From the NCBI GenBank assembly GCA_012295275.1, contig CM022676.1, positions 2,046,001-2,110,000 of the forward strand: a stretch of DNA of 64,000 nucleotides, read 5' to 3'. A program made the position numbers and the translations under genes. A model generated the notes under the pieces. That model was given only the letters and a program-made list of their open reading frames with translations, made no database searches and was not told the origin of the DNA. Shown here one piece after another: positions 15,816 to 29,630 of the stretch (its first letter is position 1; each line of letters opens with the position of its first letter). Source of the DNA: Chrysomallon squamiferum (taxonomy: Eukaryota; Animalia; Mollusca).

Positions 15816-16854
15816 TTAAACTAAGAATTTTAATCCTGGTATTTGTCCCTCATTAACACAGGTTGCGTTGGTAGCCACTGAACTGTGTTTGCATTTTTGA
15901 TAGTCTGAAAATACACAAGTAAAGTTACCAGATTTCACATTCCATCTTCCTCTTACACGTTTGAAATATGCCACTCCCTTAATTCTGACAATCAAATTGT
16001 ACTTGGTATACTTGTGTAGCTGTACATGGGTGGGAAAGTTGACGTCATAGAAAGCAGTGTCTGCAGAAACTGTGGATAAGCAAGCCGATTCAAAAACAAT
16101 TTCATCAGTGGACATTTCACAAACTGAAACACTGACTGAGTGTTTCTCTGAACAATTGTTCTGGTTACCATACAACTGTAAACCTTGAAATAAAGCATCG
16201 GTGTTCAACCAGAACATTGTTCCGTTATCAAAAATTCCACTTCGACATATTACTTCATCAACACAGCGTTCAAATCTGCTGATTAGAATGGGCTTGTTTT
16301 CCCCAATTGTGGATCTCTTATTAGATCTCGGGATCGATTTAGATCGAGAAACATTTTCCCCAATTGTGGATATCATTTTAGATCTTCGGTTCGATGTAGA
16401 CGGAGAAACCTTTTCTTCAGATTCTGGTAGCTGTTTTAGTCGATGTAATCTGCGTCAAGCAAAGGATTTTGTCCGAGCACTTCTCGTCTGTTTTCTGGAG
16501 TTATCTCTCTTTGTTGTCGTCTCTATTCAGCCTCACTTGATTTCATGGATGTTTCGAAAACTGACCCCTCGCTGGCGTTCAGGTCACCTGACTTCAGCAC
16601 GTTGTCACCATTCTTCGAAGAATGTGTCAGACTTTCTTTCGTCAAGTCCTCTTTAGTATACAGATGTGCCAGTTTTAGAAGAACACAGGCGTCACGTGAC
16701 GTCAACAACGACTCCATGTAGGCTAAACATTTGTTTGACAGTTCTGCCATCTCATATTTCTTAGAGGCATAAAGCAACCCAGTGACATTGCTGCGAGTAA
16801 TGATGACGTTGTCACTGTATATAAATCTGTAATATTAAAATAGTTTAAATGTTC

Positions 16855-16950
<96 letters not shown>

Positions 16951-17473
16951 CTGATGCTGCTATTCCTTTTATTATTGCTTTTTTCAAGAGAAATAGAAAA
17001 ACAAAGTATGGAAAAGTCTGGATTTAAACACCTTTAAATATATCAGAAATATATATTCAGAGTGAAAAATGTAATTTTAGAGACAAATACTCTTGACATT
17101 TATGTGAACAAAAAAGGATATAAAAAAAAATAATAATAATATATGTATATATCAAAGTAACTTTATGAATAATTGTTTAAAATTAGGAAAGTTAAAAAAG
17201 TCTTTACGTTAGAAATGCTTCAAAAATGTCAGGTTCGATGTCTGTTATGGAAATTTCATCTTGTTCTGATAACAATCCTGTCATCATGGCGAAGAATACA
17301 GAACTGCGCAGACTAAGAATCAGTCTGTGAGCCTCTATACGTTTCCGTTCTTGTCCAACAATGAAAATGACGTCACAGAGAATTTTGTTTTGCAGAGAAA
17401 ATCTCAGACATTCCGTGACCGACTTTCCTTTTTGCCAGTTGTCAGTGAAAGCAGACGTTCCTTCTGTTGCCAT
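15816..17473 (-). pseudogene. BTB-BACK-PHR copy 3, decayed and mosaic
   Basis: Exon 17473-17208 is intact. Exon 2 from 16826 has deletions in BACK (FSDLCRDCFRKVIQP lost), TGG>TCG changes, a stop at 16523 and further indels. The PHR ORF 16376-15816 is still open. Confidence 0.85.
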
Positions 17474-17556
17474 TTTATTTACTTATTGATTTTAACCTGA
17501 AAGAAAAAAGAAAAAAAAAAAAGAAAGAATAATAATAATAATCAGTTGTATTCAAG

Positions 17557-19535
17557 TATGACGGTAAACCGTTTTTTTTTTTACCTTACGAAGTAGGGCC
17601 TCATAACCATACCCTAATAGGGCCTCGTTCTAGCTGTGCAAAGTTTACTAAGCGCAGTTTAGTTTATATCTACTTATAGAATCCGCTGATAATTATTTAT
17701 TTATTTATTTATTTTTTAAACTTATTATAATATTTTATATTATTGCACTTTTAATGTACAGATTTTGAAAATGTCGGTAACATATTTACTATTTACCTAA
17801 ATAGAATACTTTAAGACAGTTTAACATGCCTTAATTATCTAAGTAAGTGAATATGTTACCCATTCATTTCTACAAATATTCCTACCAGTATGTATTAATT
17901 AAATATCTACTGTTAGTTAACCGTAATCCAATTACTGAAATCACCTAACAATTAACGATCTTTAGCGAGAGACAAAGGGTACTTTTTTCACGGAAAATTA
18001 AAAGAATTAAGAATTATAATATTTCATTTAACGCCAACTTCAACGTCCTCAACCACTAAGTAATAAGTATATATCTGTAAAATAAGTAATTATCTTTGTA
18101 ATATAAATATTGTGTTTTGTTTTGGTGTTCATAGTGGATACTTAATATTATATATAGTGTATATCTGTAGTATATGCAAATATTTTTATCTGTTATAATA
18201 AACCGTCACAGTTTCTTAATTACACAGTCAGTGGGTTCACCAAAGGCGCAAACCCTAGAAAGAAACAAGCCATATTTTAACTGGGTCGTTAGCACTTGAA
18301 AGCTAACACTCCTATGCACTGTCAAGGTCCTCTCACCAGACTGGTCGTTAAAGAAATCTTCGAATCAGTAAACGTGGGCTTTTTTATTATTTGTTCTAAA
18401 CATTCTTTTATTTCGTAAATTGGTATAGTGACAGTTAGTTTATGTTTAGTGCCACTGATGAACAACATTAGCATATTATTAAATGGATATCGATTGTCTG
18501 AATAATCCTTCTATTAAGTTTATCAAACGTAGTGGAAGGGCAGAACTAGTGTTGTTGGCAAAAAGTAGGAAAAGTTCTATTGCGAAATGTGAAAAATTAA
18601 GTGAGGTTCGAGACACTTTAATTGCTGCACTCTTCGTGGATAAGCAACTATATTGATAATGATGACCAGATAGACGATAGTGGAGAGGATATACTTACAA
18701 AGATACATCCTAGTATAGATATGTTTGGTAATGCGGAATTAACTGTTGACCAGAGAATTAAGCTTAAAAGTTAGAGAGAGAGAAAGAGAAAGATGAATTC
18801 ACACTAGCAGAAAAACAGCTGAATAGAGATTTTCAAATAGCCAACCTTAGACTGTTACATGAGGATAAGATGGAGGTAATGGATAAGACAAGTCAAGGGA
18901 ATCACAATGGGGGATTTAGAATTAATGATTCTTATCGGTCTGTCCCTACTTTTGATGAAAATGATGTAGAGCGATTCTTTAAGCATTTTGAATGGGTTGC
19001 TAAAGAACTGAAATGGCATCAGAACTTTCGGTGTCTTCTGATGCAGAATAGATTGAGAGGGAAAACTAGCGAAGCCTAACACAATTCATCTGATGAAAGT
19101 GCTAGGATTTATTCCCAGTCAAAAGAAGCGATTTTAAGGACGTACCGGTTAACTCGCAAGGCTAACAGACAAATGTTTAGAAATGTTAGGAAAAATGAAA
19201 CAGAAACGTATGGTGAGTTTACGTCACAGAAAGACGGGTTGTTTGATAACTGGGCTCGCTCACACGACACTCAGGGTAATTAGGAAAAATCATGAGAGCC
19301 GATTATCTTAGAAGAGGTTAAGAATTGTTTGTCGGTTAGTGTACGCGTATATTTAGAAGATCAAAAGGTAGAAACGGTAAGGGGGCAGCAATTAATGCAG
19401 ATACATATGTTTTGGTACATAGAGCTCAGAATAATGTTTCCAGTTATAATAAGGCGCAATCCCTAGATAAGAAACGAGCCATATTTTGATAGGGTCGTTA
19501 GCACCTGTTATGCGCTGGCAATGACTGCGTACAAC
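17557..19535 (+). mobile_element. Ty3/Gypsy (Gmr1-like) LTR retrotransposon remnant: putative LTR plus decayed gag
   Basis: Interrupted gag-like peptide VPTFDENDVERFFKHFE..LKW..LRGK..ILRTY..FRNVRK..IILEEVKNCL..VYLEDQK at ~18870-19400. Candidate LTR 17557-18210 with termini TATGACGG..CCGTCACA. A ~55-bp direct repeat at 18243 and 19451. It interrupts sequence homologous to the 5'UTR intron of BTB copies 1 and 2. Confidence 0.7.
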
Positions 19536-19593
<58 letters not shown>

Positions 19594-19854
19594 CAAAGAA
19601 CATAGAAATACACATTTACTCAAACTCAAAGAGATATACAAACACACACACTAAAGAGATGTACTTTTCATCAAACTGATCGGCCATGCTCGCCGAGTGT
19701 ATTTCAGTTAGAAGGAACTAGTTTTAAGCTTACACCGGTTATAGAGATAGGACCTTTGCCTATATGTATATAATACCTGTCTGCATATGTATGTATATAG
19801 ATTATACAATTACACAATACACACACATAAAATAAAAAATGATAATAAATTATA

Positions 19855-19913
<59 letters not shown>

Positions 19914-20314
19914 GTAACACACTTAAATTTTTTTTTAGAAAAAAGTTAAATAAAATAAAACAAAATAAAATAAAATAAATATAATTTAAAATTAAAATTA
20001 AAATTACTTGTACATATTGAATAAAATTATTCTTAATAAAGATAAGATCTAAATGTTATAATTAGTTAAATTTCATGTAAGTGATAAGCGAATTTCGAAC
20101 TCGAATTTTTAAACAATAATTTTATTGAATAGGCCTACCGTGTGTGACATAAATGTAACAAGGAAATAAACATTGCTTTGAGATATACAGACTTTTAAAT
20201 AACAAAAAGAAATGGAAATATATTCGAAATAACGTTACTGATTATATTAATAAATACCTAGAACAAATGTCACAGCAGAAAATAGCGGCATTCATCAATC
20301 GTAATAAAATATAT

Positions 20315-20600
20315 CAGTATTTACCTGTAACGTTTCGATTCTGAAATTACTTCCTTGTTCATTACTGACCCACTCTCTGTTGCAGTTGAGCCATTTATAA
20401 ACAATAACTTAATAAATCTGAGTTATATGTTTATGAAGAATAAGAAAAATATTCCTGCTCTTTTAAAAAATGGAATACAATAATAAATTATAATAATAAC
20501 GATATCTAGTAAAAGATTATCGAATCGAGTATTCCACCTACAGGACCTTTGACCTGGTTCATTTCAGGAGAGATAACTCTAGAGAATAAATCATTGAATA
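20315..20600 (-). promoter_or_regulatory. Promoter module of pseudogene copy 3 with a decayed IRF site
   Basis: Donor and ACTTCC are retained, but the IRF site reads ACTCTCTGTTGC (20372-20383). GGACCTTTGACCT at 20543-20555. Confidence 0.5.
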
Positions 20601-20929
20601 GTCTCTTTCACTAAATTATTTTTCACCAATGACAATGTTAACGTGTTGGAATAAACAAAATTCTGAAGTATCAATACACAGTACTAACAAACAGTTTAGT
20701 CGTCATGTTTATTTAACACAATTTAGTCGTAATGTTTATTTACTCAGTTTAGTCGTAAACTTTATTTAACACAATTTAGTCGTAATGTTTATTTTACAAT
20801 ACAATAATACTATACGGTAGTGATTATTGAAATAGCAGTAGTAGTAGTTAGAAAAGTAGTAGCAGTAGTAATAATAATGGAATATAATAATGATGATGAA
20901 ACTATTATTAGTCTTATTATTATTTGATA

Positions 20930-22700
20930 ATATAATAGTGTTTAATATTATATCATAGAGTAATATCGTTTATTAATGTTTCGTTGCATAATAGTGTTTA
21001 TTATTATATCATAGTATAACAGTGTTTATGGTTATATTAGTATTTCATAGTATAATAGTGGTTATTATTAGATCATATTATAATATTCTTTTTTTGTTAT
21101 ATCATAGTATAATAGAGTTTATTATTATATCATAGTATCACAGTGTTTATTGTTATATCATAATATAACAGTGTTTATTGTTATATTATAATATAACTGT
21201 GTTTATTGTCATATCATATTATAACAGTGTTTATTGTTATATCGTAGAATAATATAATGTTTTGTTATATCATAGTATAACAGTGTTTATTGTTATATCA
21301 TAATGTAACTGTGTTTATTGTTATATCATATTATAACAGTGTTTATTGTTATATCATAGTATAACCGGCTTTATTGTTATATCACAATATAACAGTGTTT
21401 ATTATTATATCGTAGAATAATATTTTTTTTGTTATATCAGGGTATAACAGTGTTTATTGTTATATCAAAGTATAACAGTCTTTATTGTTATATTATAGTA
21501 TAACACTGTTTATTGTTATATTATAGTATAACACTGTTTATTGGTATATCATAGTATAACAGTGTTTACTGTTATATTATAGTATAACACTGTTTATTGT
21601 TATATTATAGTATAACACTGTTTATTGTTATATTATAGTATAACAGTGTTTATTGTTATATTATAGTATAACACTGTTTATTGGTATATCATAGTATAAC
21701 AGTGTTTACTGTTATATCAGAATATAACAGTGTCTATTGTTATATTATAATATAACAGTGTTTATTGTTATATCAGAGTATAACAGAGTTTCTTGTTATA
21801 TCATAATATAACAGTGATTATTGTTCTATCGTGGAATAACAGTTTGTATTGTTATATCATAATATAAAATTGTTTATTGTTATATCATAATATAATAGTG
21901 TTTATAGTTATATTATAATATAACAGTGTTTATGGTTATATCATATATAACTGTTTATTGTTATATCATAGTATAACAGTGTTTATTGTTATATTCTAAT
22001 ATAACAGTGTTTATTGTTATATCAGAGAATAACAGTGTTTATTGGTATATCATAATATAATAGGGTTTATTGTCATATTATAATATAACTGTGTTTATGG
22101 TTATATCATATATAACAGTGTTTATTGTTATATTATAGTATAACAGTGTTTATTGTTATATCGTAGAATAATATTGTTTATTGTTAAATCATAGTATAAC
22201 AGTGTTTATTGTTATATTATAGTATAACAGTGCTTATTGTTTTATCATAATATAACAGTGTTTATTGTTATATCATAGTATAACAGTGTGTATTGTTATG
22301 TCATAATATAACCGGGTTTATTCTTATATTATAATATAACAGTGTTTATTGTTATATCGTATAATACTATTATTTTTTGTTATATCATAGTGTAACAGTG
22401 TTGATTGTTGTATCAAAGTACAACAATCTTTATTGTTATATCATATTGTAACAGTGTTTATTGTTATATCGTAGAATAATATTATTTGTTGTTATATCAG
22501 AGTATAACAGTGTTTATTGTTATAGAATAACAGTGTTGATTGTTATATAATACTATAACGGAGTTTATTGTTATATCATAGTATAACAGTGTTTATTGTT
22601 ATATTATAATATAATAGTGTTTTTGTTGTTACATTATAATATAACAGTGTTTACTGTTATATCGTAGAATAATATTGTTTATTGTTATATCATAATAACG
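20930..22700. repeat. 28-bp minisatellite (GTTTATTGTTATATCATAGTATAACAGT), ~60 copies, with internal palindrome
   Basis: Contiguous units, each with TGTTATA-N6-TATAACA; no unique spacers. Confidence 0.92.
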
Positions 22701-23221
22701 TTTATTCGAGTTTACTCTTTGATTACACTCTAGAAACTCTTCACAGTTTTATTTTGAACATTTTTGTTTTCACTTCACAGATTCGTGTGTCGTTGCACGG
22801 TCTCGCTCTTCGTTTTACCAGTTCTTTGCCTGCTTCAGGTTTTACCAGAATGAGGCAGTTTTCACTTCCGTCTGGCGTTCTTGGTTCTATTTTATCCCCG
22901 TTCTGAAAGGTCAGAGGTCGTAGTGGCCCCGCCCATATCAGTCATCTTAGTTGTTTCCTCTAATCCAGATTTCTTTATCCAAGGCTTCGTAAAGAAGAAG
23001 AAGAAGAAGACGAAAATAATGGTAGTGAAAATTAAATTAAAATAAAAGAAGAAATAGTTACACTGTTTATGATAGTAGTATGAATTGTTGGGAGAGTTTA
23101 TAGGTCTAAGGCAAGTTTATTTATTTGTTTGTTTGTTTGTTTGTTTGTTTTGTTTTTTGTATGTTTCTTTGTTTGTGTATTTATATACTTATTTATTTAT
23201 TATTTTTTATTAACTAATTAA

Positions 23222-23252
<31 letters not shown>

Positions 23253-23270
23253 ATTTATTTATTGTTTTGG

Positions 23271-23309
<39 letters not shown>

Positions 23310-23376
23310 TAACAACGCCTCTATTACGATTAAATATTTTGCACAAAATGCAACCAGCGTGTTTCGTCAAGTAGTT

Positions 23377-23436
<60 letters not shown>

Positions 23437-23981
23437 ATGTTTTTCCCCTTGTTTAGGTGGTAGTCGTAATACTAGTAGTAGCAGTAGCAGTATTAATAGA
23501 GGTAAGACTACTAGTAATAATAATAGTGGAAGCTGTAATATTAATAGTAGTAGAAGAGGTAATAGTTGTAGTAGTAGTAGTAGTAGTAGAAGAAGAAGTA
23601 GAAATAGTAGAAGTAGTAGTAATAATGGTAATATCAATAATAGTAGTAGTGGTGGTGGCATTGATGCTAGTATTAGTAATAATCTTAATGTTAGTAGCAG
23701 TACTAATAGGAGAGGAGTAATTGTTGTACTAGTAGGAGGAGTGAAAACAGAATTAATTAACTGAACTGAAAATTCTAAATGTTTAAATTTTAGTGTTTAT
23801 ATTTCACTTATTATTATACTAATTTACATTTAAGAAGCACAAATCTAGATACAGAGGCGTTTTCTCGAGATGTGATCTCTGTGACTTACAATGCGTATCT
23901 GTATAAGTTAGAGGCAAATACCTGCATCATGTTACCAGCCACGGCCAGCTGGCATCAAGTACAACATTATCGTAACAAACA

Positions 23982-24052
<71 letters not shown>

Positions 24053-24241
24053 ATTATTATTGAAATTAAGATTTTTATTTAACTAAATTAAACAACATCT
24101 GCTGAAAATCACTCAAATTAATAAGAACAAATATCTAAAATTAATGTTCCATAGAAATACGACTACCGTAGGTTTCTCTGTCTTTCTTTTTCTCCATCTG
24201 CATCTCTTTCTCTCTTTGTTTATCTATCTACATCTGTTTAT

Positions 24242-24326
<85 letters not shown>

Positions 24327-24483
24327 GTCTGTGTCTATATATATCTATATAAAGTTATCTGTATTTGCATCTTCTGTTTGTCATTCTCTCTCTCCGACAT
24401 GCACACACGAATATACTACGCACAGACACACACGCACCCCCGTGACCATATACCAGTGCGTCTCTCCATTCTAGCTTCTCCTT

Positions 24484-25276
24484 CAGCAGTACGTAGTACG
24501 TGTCGTTCAGTAGTAGGCAGTACGTGTGATTCAGTAGTACGCAGTACGTGTCGTTCATCAATACTCATTACGTGTCGTGCAGTAGTACGCAGTACGTATG
24601 ATTCAGTAGTACGCAGTACGTGTGATTAAGCAGTACGCAGTACGTGTGATTCAGTAGTACGCAGTACGTGTGATTAAGCAGTACGCAGTACGTGTGATTC
24701 AGTAGTACGCAGTACGTGTGATTCATCAGTACGTAGTACGTGTGATTCAGCAGTACGCAGTACGTGTGATTCAGCAGTACGCAGTAAGTGTAATTCATCA
24801 GTACGTAGTACGTGTGATTCAGCAGTACGCAGTACGTGTCGTTCAGCTGTACGCAGTACGCAGTACGTGTCGTTCATCAATACTCAGTACTATCGTTCAG
24901 CAGTACGCAGTACGTGTGGTTCAGCTGTACGCAGTACGTGTGGTTCAGTAGTACGCAGTACGTGTCGTTCATCAATACTCAGTACTATCGTTCAGCAGTA
25001 CGCAGTACGTGTGGTTCAGCTGTACGCAGTACGTGTGGTTCAGCAGTACGCAGTACGTGTGGTTCAGCTGTACGCAGTACGTGTGGTTCAGCAGTACGCA
25101 GTACGTGAGATTCAGCAGTACGCAGTACGTATGGTTCAGCAGTACGTGTGGTTCAGCAGTACGCAGTACGTGTGGTTCAGCAGTCCGCAATACGTGTGAT
25201 TCAGCAGTACGCAGTACGTGTGGTTCAGCAGTACGCAGTACGTGTGATTCAGCAGTACGTGGTTCGTGTGGTTCAG
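24484..25276. repeat. 24-bp minisatellite (CAGTACGCAGTACGTGTGATTCAG), ~33 copies
   Basis: Directly visible; on the minus strand each unit reads LLNHTYCV and the array runs into CTL0 exon 2. Confidence 0.92.
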
Positions 25277-25319
25277 CAAATACAGCGATTTTACAGCACA
25301 GCGAGGCAAAAACAAACTG

Positions 25320-25800
25320 ACTAGTTAGTTAGTTAGAAACATTATTAGTTAGAAACGTTATTAGTTAATTAGCAACATTATTAGTTAGTTAATTAGCAAC
25401 GTTATTAGTTAGAAACATTATTAGTTAGTTAATTAGCAACATTATTAGTTAGAAACATTATTAGTTAGTTAATTATAAATATTATTAGTTAATCAGAAAT
25501 ATTATTAGTTAATAAGAAACATTATTAGTTAGTTAATACGAAACATCATTAGTTAGTTAATTAGAAACATTATTAGTTAGTTAATTAGAAATGTTATTAG
25601 TTACTTAATTAGAAACATTATAAGTTAGTAATTTAGAAACAATATTAGTTAGAAACGTTATTAGTTAGTTAATTAGAAATATTATTAATTAGTTAATTAC
25701 AAACATTATTAGTTAATTAATTAGAAATTTTATTAGTTAGTAATCTGGAAATATTATTAGTTAGTTAATTAGACATATTATTAGTAAGTTAATTATAAAC
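25320..25800. repeat. 16-24-bp AT-rich minisatellite (AAACATTATTAGTTAGTTAATTAG)
   Basis: About 20 degenerate units in CTL0 intron 1. Confidence 0.85.
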
Positions 25801-26464
25801 TGTTATTGCTTTACAATGATAATTAAAGCATCTACGAAGAAACACACGTACATACACAGACAAACACACATATATTTACACAAACACTACACATATCTTT
25901 CTGTGTGTGTGTTTGTGGATGCATCTGTCAGTGCATTTGTGTATGTCTAATTAACCTACACATGGATACAAAAATGGATGGACGACATATGTACACAAAC
26001 ACACACACACATATATATAATACATATACATATAGGTACGTACTTAGGTAAGATGATATACAATTGTATGTGTGTTTAATATATGTAAGTGTGCTTGTAT
26101 TGTTTCATTCGCAGAACGAATGGACATGTAAAAAAATAATTAAATAGGAATAATGCAGCTATCTCTAACTTTAGGTCAGTATTCCAAAAAAAAACAACCT
26201 ATACCTACACAAAAAATCGTTAAGGCAATATAAAGTTTTAAATGCCTCATTTTATTTTGCTCTAAATTAAAAATTCTGTTCTATATCTATAATTCAAATA
26301 TTTCAATTTCATATAAATAACACATAATAATAGAATACAGATGCTACCTTTACCAGACAAGTCACGATTCTAATCTGAATTTCGTGTTGGCTGATGTGAT
26401 GTATATTCATTAAGTAAAAAGCTCTAAATAGATAAATAAAAACAAAAATAAACAAACAAATGTA

Positions 26465-26563
<99 letters not shown>

Positions 26564-26830
26564 TGTGCGTGTGTGTTTCAAACACAGGCACGGAGACACA
26601 CACACCTACACACCCACCCATATATATAAAATCATATATATATATATATGAATATAGATAAAAATAGATTTAATTTTTGATATTATGTATAATATCAAAA
26701 AATATATTTATTTGTTTATTTATTTATTTATTTATTTTATAGGTAAACAAAAAAATCATGAATAATCCAAAATAATTTTTATACACACAAATATATGACA
26801 AAGGCAAACATATGATTATACTACATATAT

Positions 26831-26947
<117 letters not shown>

Positions 26948-27135
26948 ACACAGAGACAAACACACACACACACACACACACACATGTATATCCCGTGGTA
27001 TAGACGTTTTTCTTGAAGAAAATCTTTATTTGTATGTAATTATTGATCGATGTTAAAATGCCATCACTTTCATAACTAAACTAAAAAAATATATCAAAGA
27101 GATGGAGATTAGAAGAAAAATAATCAAGTGCACAC

Positions 27136-27193
<58 letters not shown>

Positions 27194-27247
27194 GATGTGT
27201 GTGCATGTGTGTGTGCATGTGCGTGTGTACATATATATATATATACA

Positions 27248-28225
27248 CAGGGTGGCCCAGATGTAACCGAACCTGAATTGTGATGAAAAGTTACAGTTAA
27301 AGGAAACAAATTTTATTTCTTATAGTTACAGCAAATGTTCTAAATGCAAACCATTATTTGTAATACAGTGATGACATCGTTCAATGGTTGATTCAGTTTC
27401 TTTTTTGCACATTTCCGGAGTAATATCTTTCCATGCGATTATGATGCTCTGTTTTAGATCATTGAGAGTCTTTGGTTTATCGGTGAACACCTTATTCTTG
27501 AGTACTCCCCAGAGAAAGAAGTCTAGAGGGGTGAGGTCTGGAGACCTTGCAGGCCATTCCACGGCACCACGGCTGCCTATCCATCTTCGTTAAGAGCCTG
27601 GAGTTCCCGCGGACGATATGGGTGCAAGCCAATATCCAACATGATGCGTTGTAAAGACGATCGTGATATGCCAAGCTCTGCAGAAGCACGTCCCTGGGAT
27701 TTGCGAGGGCTGTTGACGTATGATGATGCTACTAATTCCTGGTTGGCAATTGTCCTCATTGTTCTTGGTGCACCAGGTTTATACGCGTCGGCGACGTTGC
27801 CAGTTCGTTCGAATTTTTGTACCAATTCGTAGATTGACGATTTTGATGGAGATGGTGTATCAAACGATTCATTCCAATGATCAATAACATTTTTATAACT
27901 CCTCTCCGACAAATAATAACTTTTAACAGCATGAATACGTTCTACCAATTTTAAAGTGCGTCGTGTGTTGGCCATGTCTGTTAAATGAAAGAGGGCGACA
28001 AAATTGATAAAACGAAGACTATCAAAGAAGAAGGTTTCCGTCCTCTTTTAAATAGGCTTTGCAACACTTTCAGTGGTGATGACGAAACCGGTTAACACAG
28101 CCATGCACGTGAAGTCTCTTTACCAATTCTCCCTGATATCGATCGCTTCGGTATTTCCTGAAGCAGACTTGAAATCAGTGATCATCGATTGAGCTTTCGG
28201 GTTCGGTTACATCTGGGCCACCCTG
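27248..28225 (-). mobile_element. Tc1/mariner-superfamily DNA transposon (probably DD41D/rosa-like), internally deleted, 978 bp
   Basis: 26-bp perfect TIR CAGGGTGGCCCAGATGTAACCGAACC at both ends; TA on the right, CA on the left, within a TA/CA microsatellite. Transposase N-terminus 27975-27577 (HTH, KFERTGNV..SPRKS..RASAELGIS) is joined out of frame to the C-terminus RWIGSRGAVEWPARSPDLTPLDFFLWG (to 27326). The first two catalytic Asp regions are missing. Confidence 0.92.
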
Positions 28226-28228
28226 TAT

Positions 28229-28317
<89 letters not shown>

Positions 28318-28534
28318 CTACACATAATCACCTGTTTTTTTTTCTTTCATATAACACATTTATTTGCTTACTTTTTTCATAAATATTCAGGTAAAAAATA
28401 CCGGAAACAAATTAGAATTTTCTAAATAACCAGACTGAACTGACATTTGTTCAGCCCTCTTTTCTCTTTTACACATTCAAACTGTAACTGATGTTTTTAC
28501 ATTGTCAGTTCACGTTGAATAAATACAAAATTAC

Positions 28535-28600
<66 letters not shown>

Positions 28601-28739
28601 TTAGCACGGTTAAATGAATATATGCATATATATGCCTTTCCTATCTAATATTCTATATTAGTATATGTACTTGTGTGTGTATGTATATATACACACACAC
28701 ACCCGCACACACACACACATATCTATATATATATTAGTT

Positions 28740-28791
<52 letters not shown>

Positions 28792-28902
28792 GTAACAATA
28801 CATTAATTTAGAATATTGTGTAAATAACAATGGACATTTGTGATTTTTTATTCATTTTCCGTTCCAGCACGAACACATTCCTTGTAGTATACATAACAGA
28901 TA

Positions 28903-29003
28903 ATGATATATCCGTATTTACTATTTACATGGGTTTATTTTTATACAGGTAAGCATAAAATTCTGTTTCTTAAAATCTGTTATTATTATTATTATTATTA
29001 TTA

Positions 29004-29045
<42 letters not shown>

Positions 29046-29593
29046 TATTATTTTTGTTGTTGTTGTTGTTGTTGTTGTTGTTGAGTGCTGGCGAGGGTGT
29101 GTATAACTAAACATGCAGACAGGCGGACAGATATAAAGTTTCGTAGGAAGACAGACAGACAGACAACAAACAGATTGAAATGTAGATATATATTTATAAA
29201 ATATATTTTTTCTTTCTTTGCAGTGGAAGCAAAACACTGTCCTCTGGACTGGGTGATGTTTGAAGATTCATGCTACACATTGATACAAACAAAACTAACA
29301 TGGACAGAATCTCAGGTTATACAATTATGTATGTATGCACGTATTTCTTAGGGTTTAATATTCTCTCTCATGTGCGTCTGATTAGACTCTGCACATAGAC
29401 AATATTCGGGAGCTCACTGACACAGGAGGCAAACATCTAATCACGACCGCACAGACCCGTCAGATGCCGCTGACGAGACTCGAACGTATGACACCCATTC
29501 ACTCGAACGCGAGGGTGACGACGATACCACTCGGCCAGCAAGACAACGTGATGCCTGTCTGTGTCTAGACATAGCTGTCTGCTTGTGTGTGTG

Positions 29594-29630
<37 letters not shown>

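Larger units (their letters stand above)
22741..26250 (-). pseudogene. C-type lectin pseudogene (CTL0), four exons, exon 2 expanded into a minisatellite
   Basis: Exon 1 26250-26205 is 46 nt, MRHLKLYIALTIFCV+G|GTATAG, the same length and phase as the other lectins. Exon 2 ends NDTYYVLLKEKLEWRDAL|GTATAT at 24454. Exon 3 ~23898-23828 reads HCKSQRSHL//ENASVSRFVLLK|GTAAAT with an internal deletion. Exon 4 22984-22741 reads KEIWIRGNN*...EPRTPDGSENCLIL...PCNDTRICE with stops and frameshifts. Confidence 0.8.

Noticed and set aside
20930-22700. CRISPR-like palindromic 28-bp repeats
   Set aside because: Units are contiguous with no unique spacers, there are no cas genes, and the context is eukaryotic.
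23872-24063. Plus-strand ORF with a lectin-like C..W pattern
   Set aside because: No supporting splice sites; the region is better explained as CTL0 exon 3 on the minus strand.
29470-29545. Functional tRNA gene (also at 2570 and 30805)
   Set aside because: A and B boxes are present but no convincing cloverleaf; treated as SINE-like.
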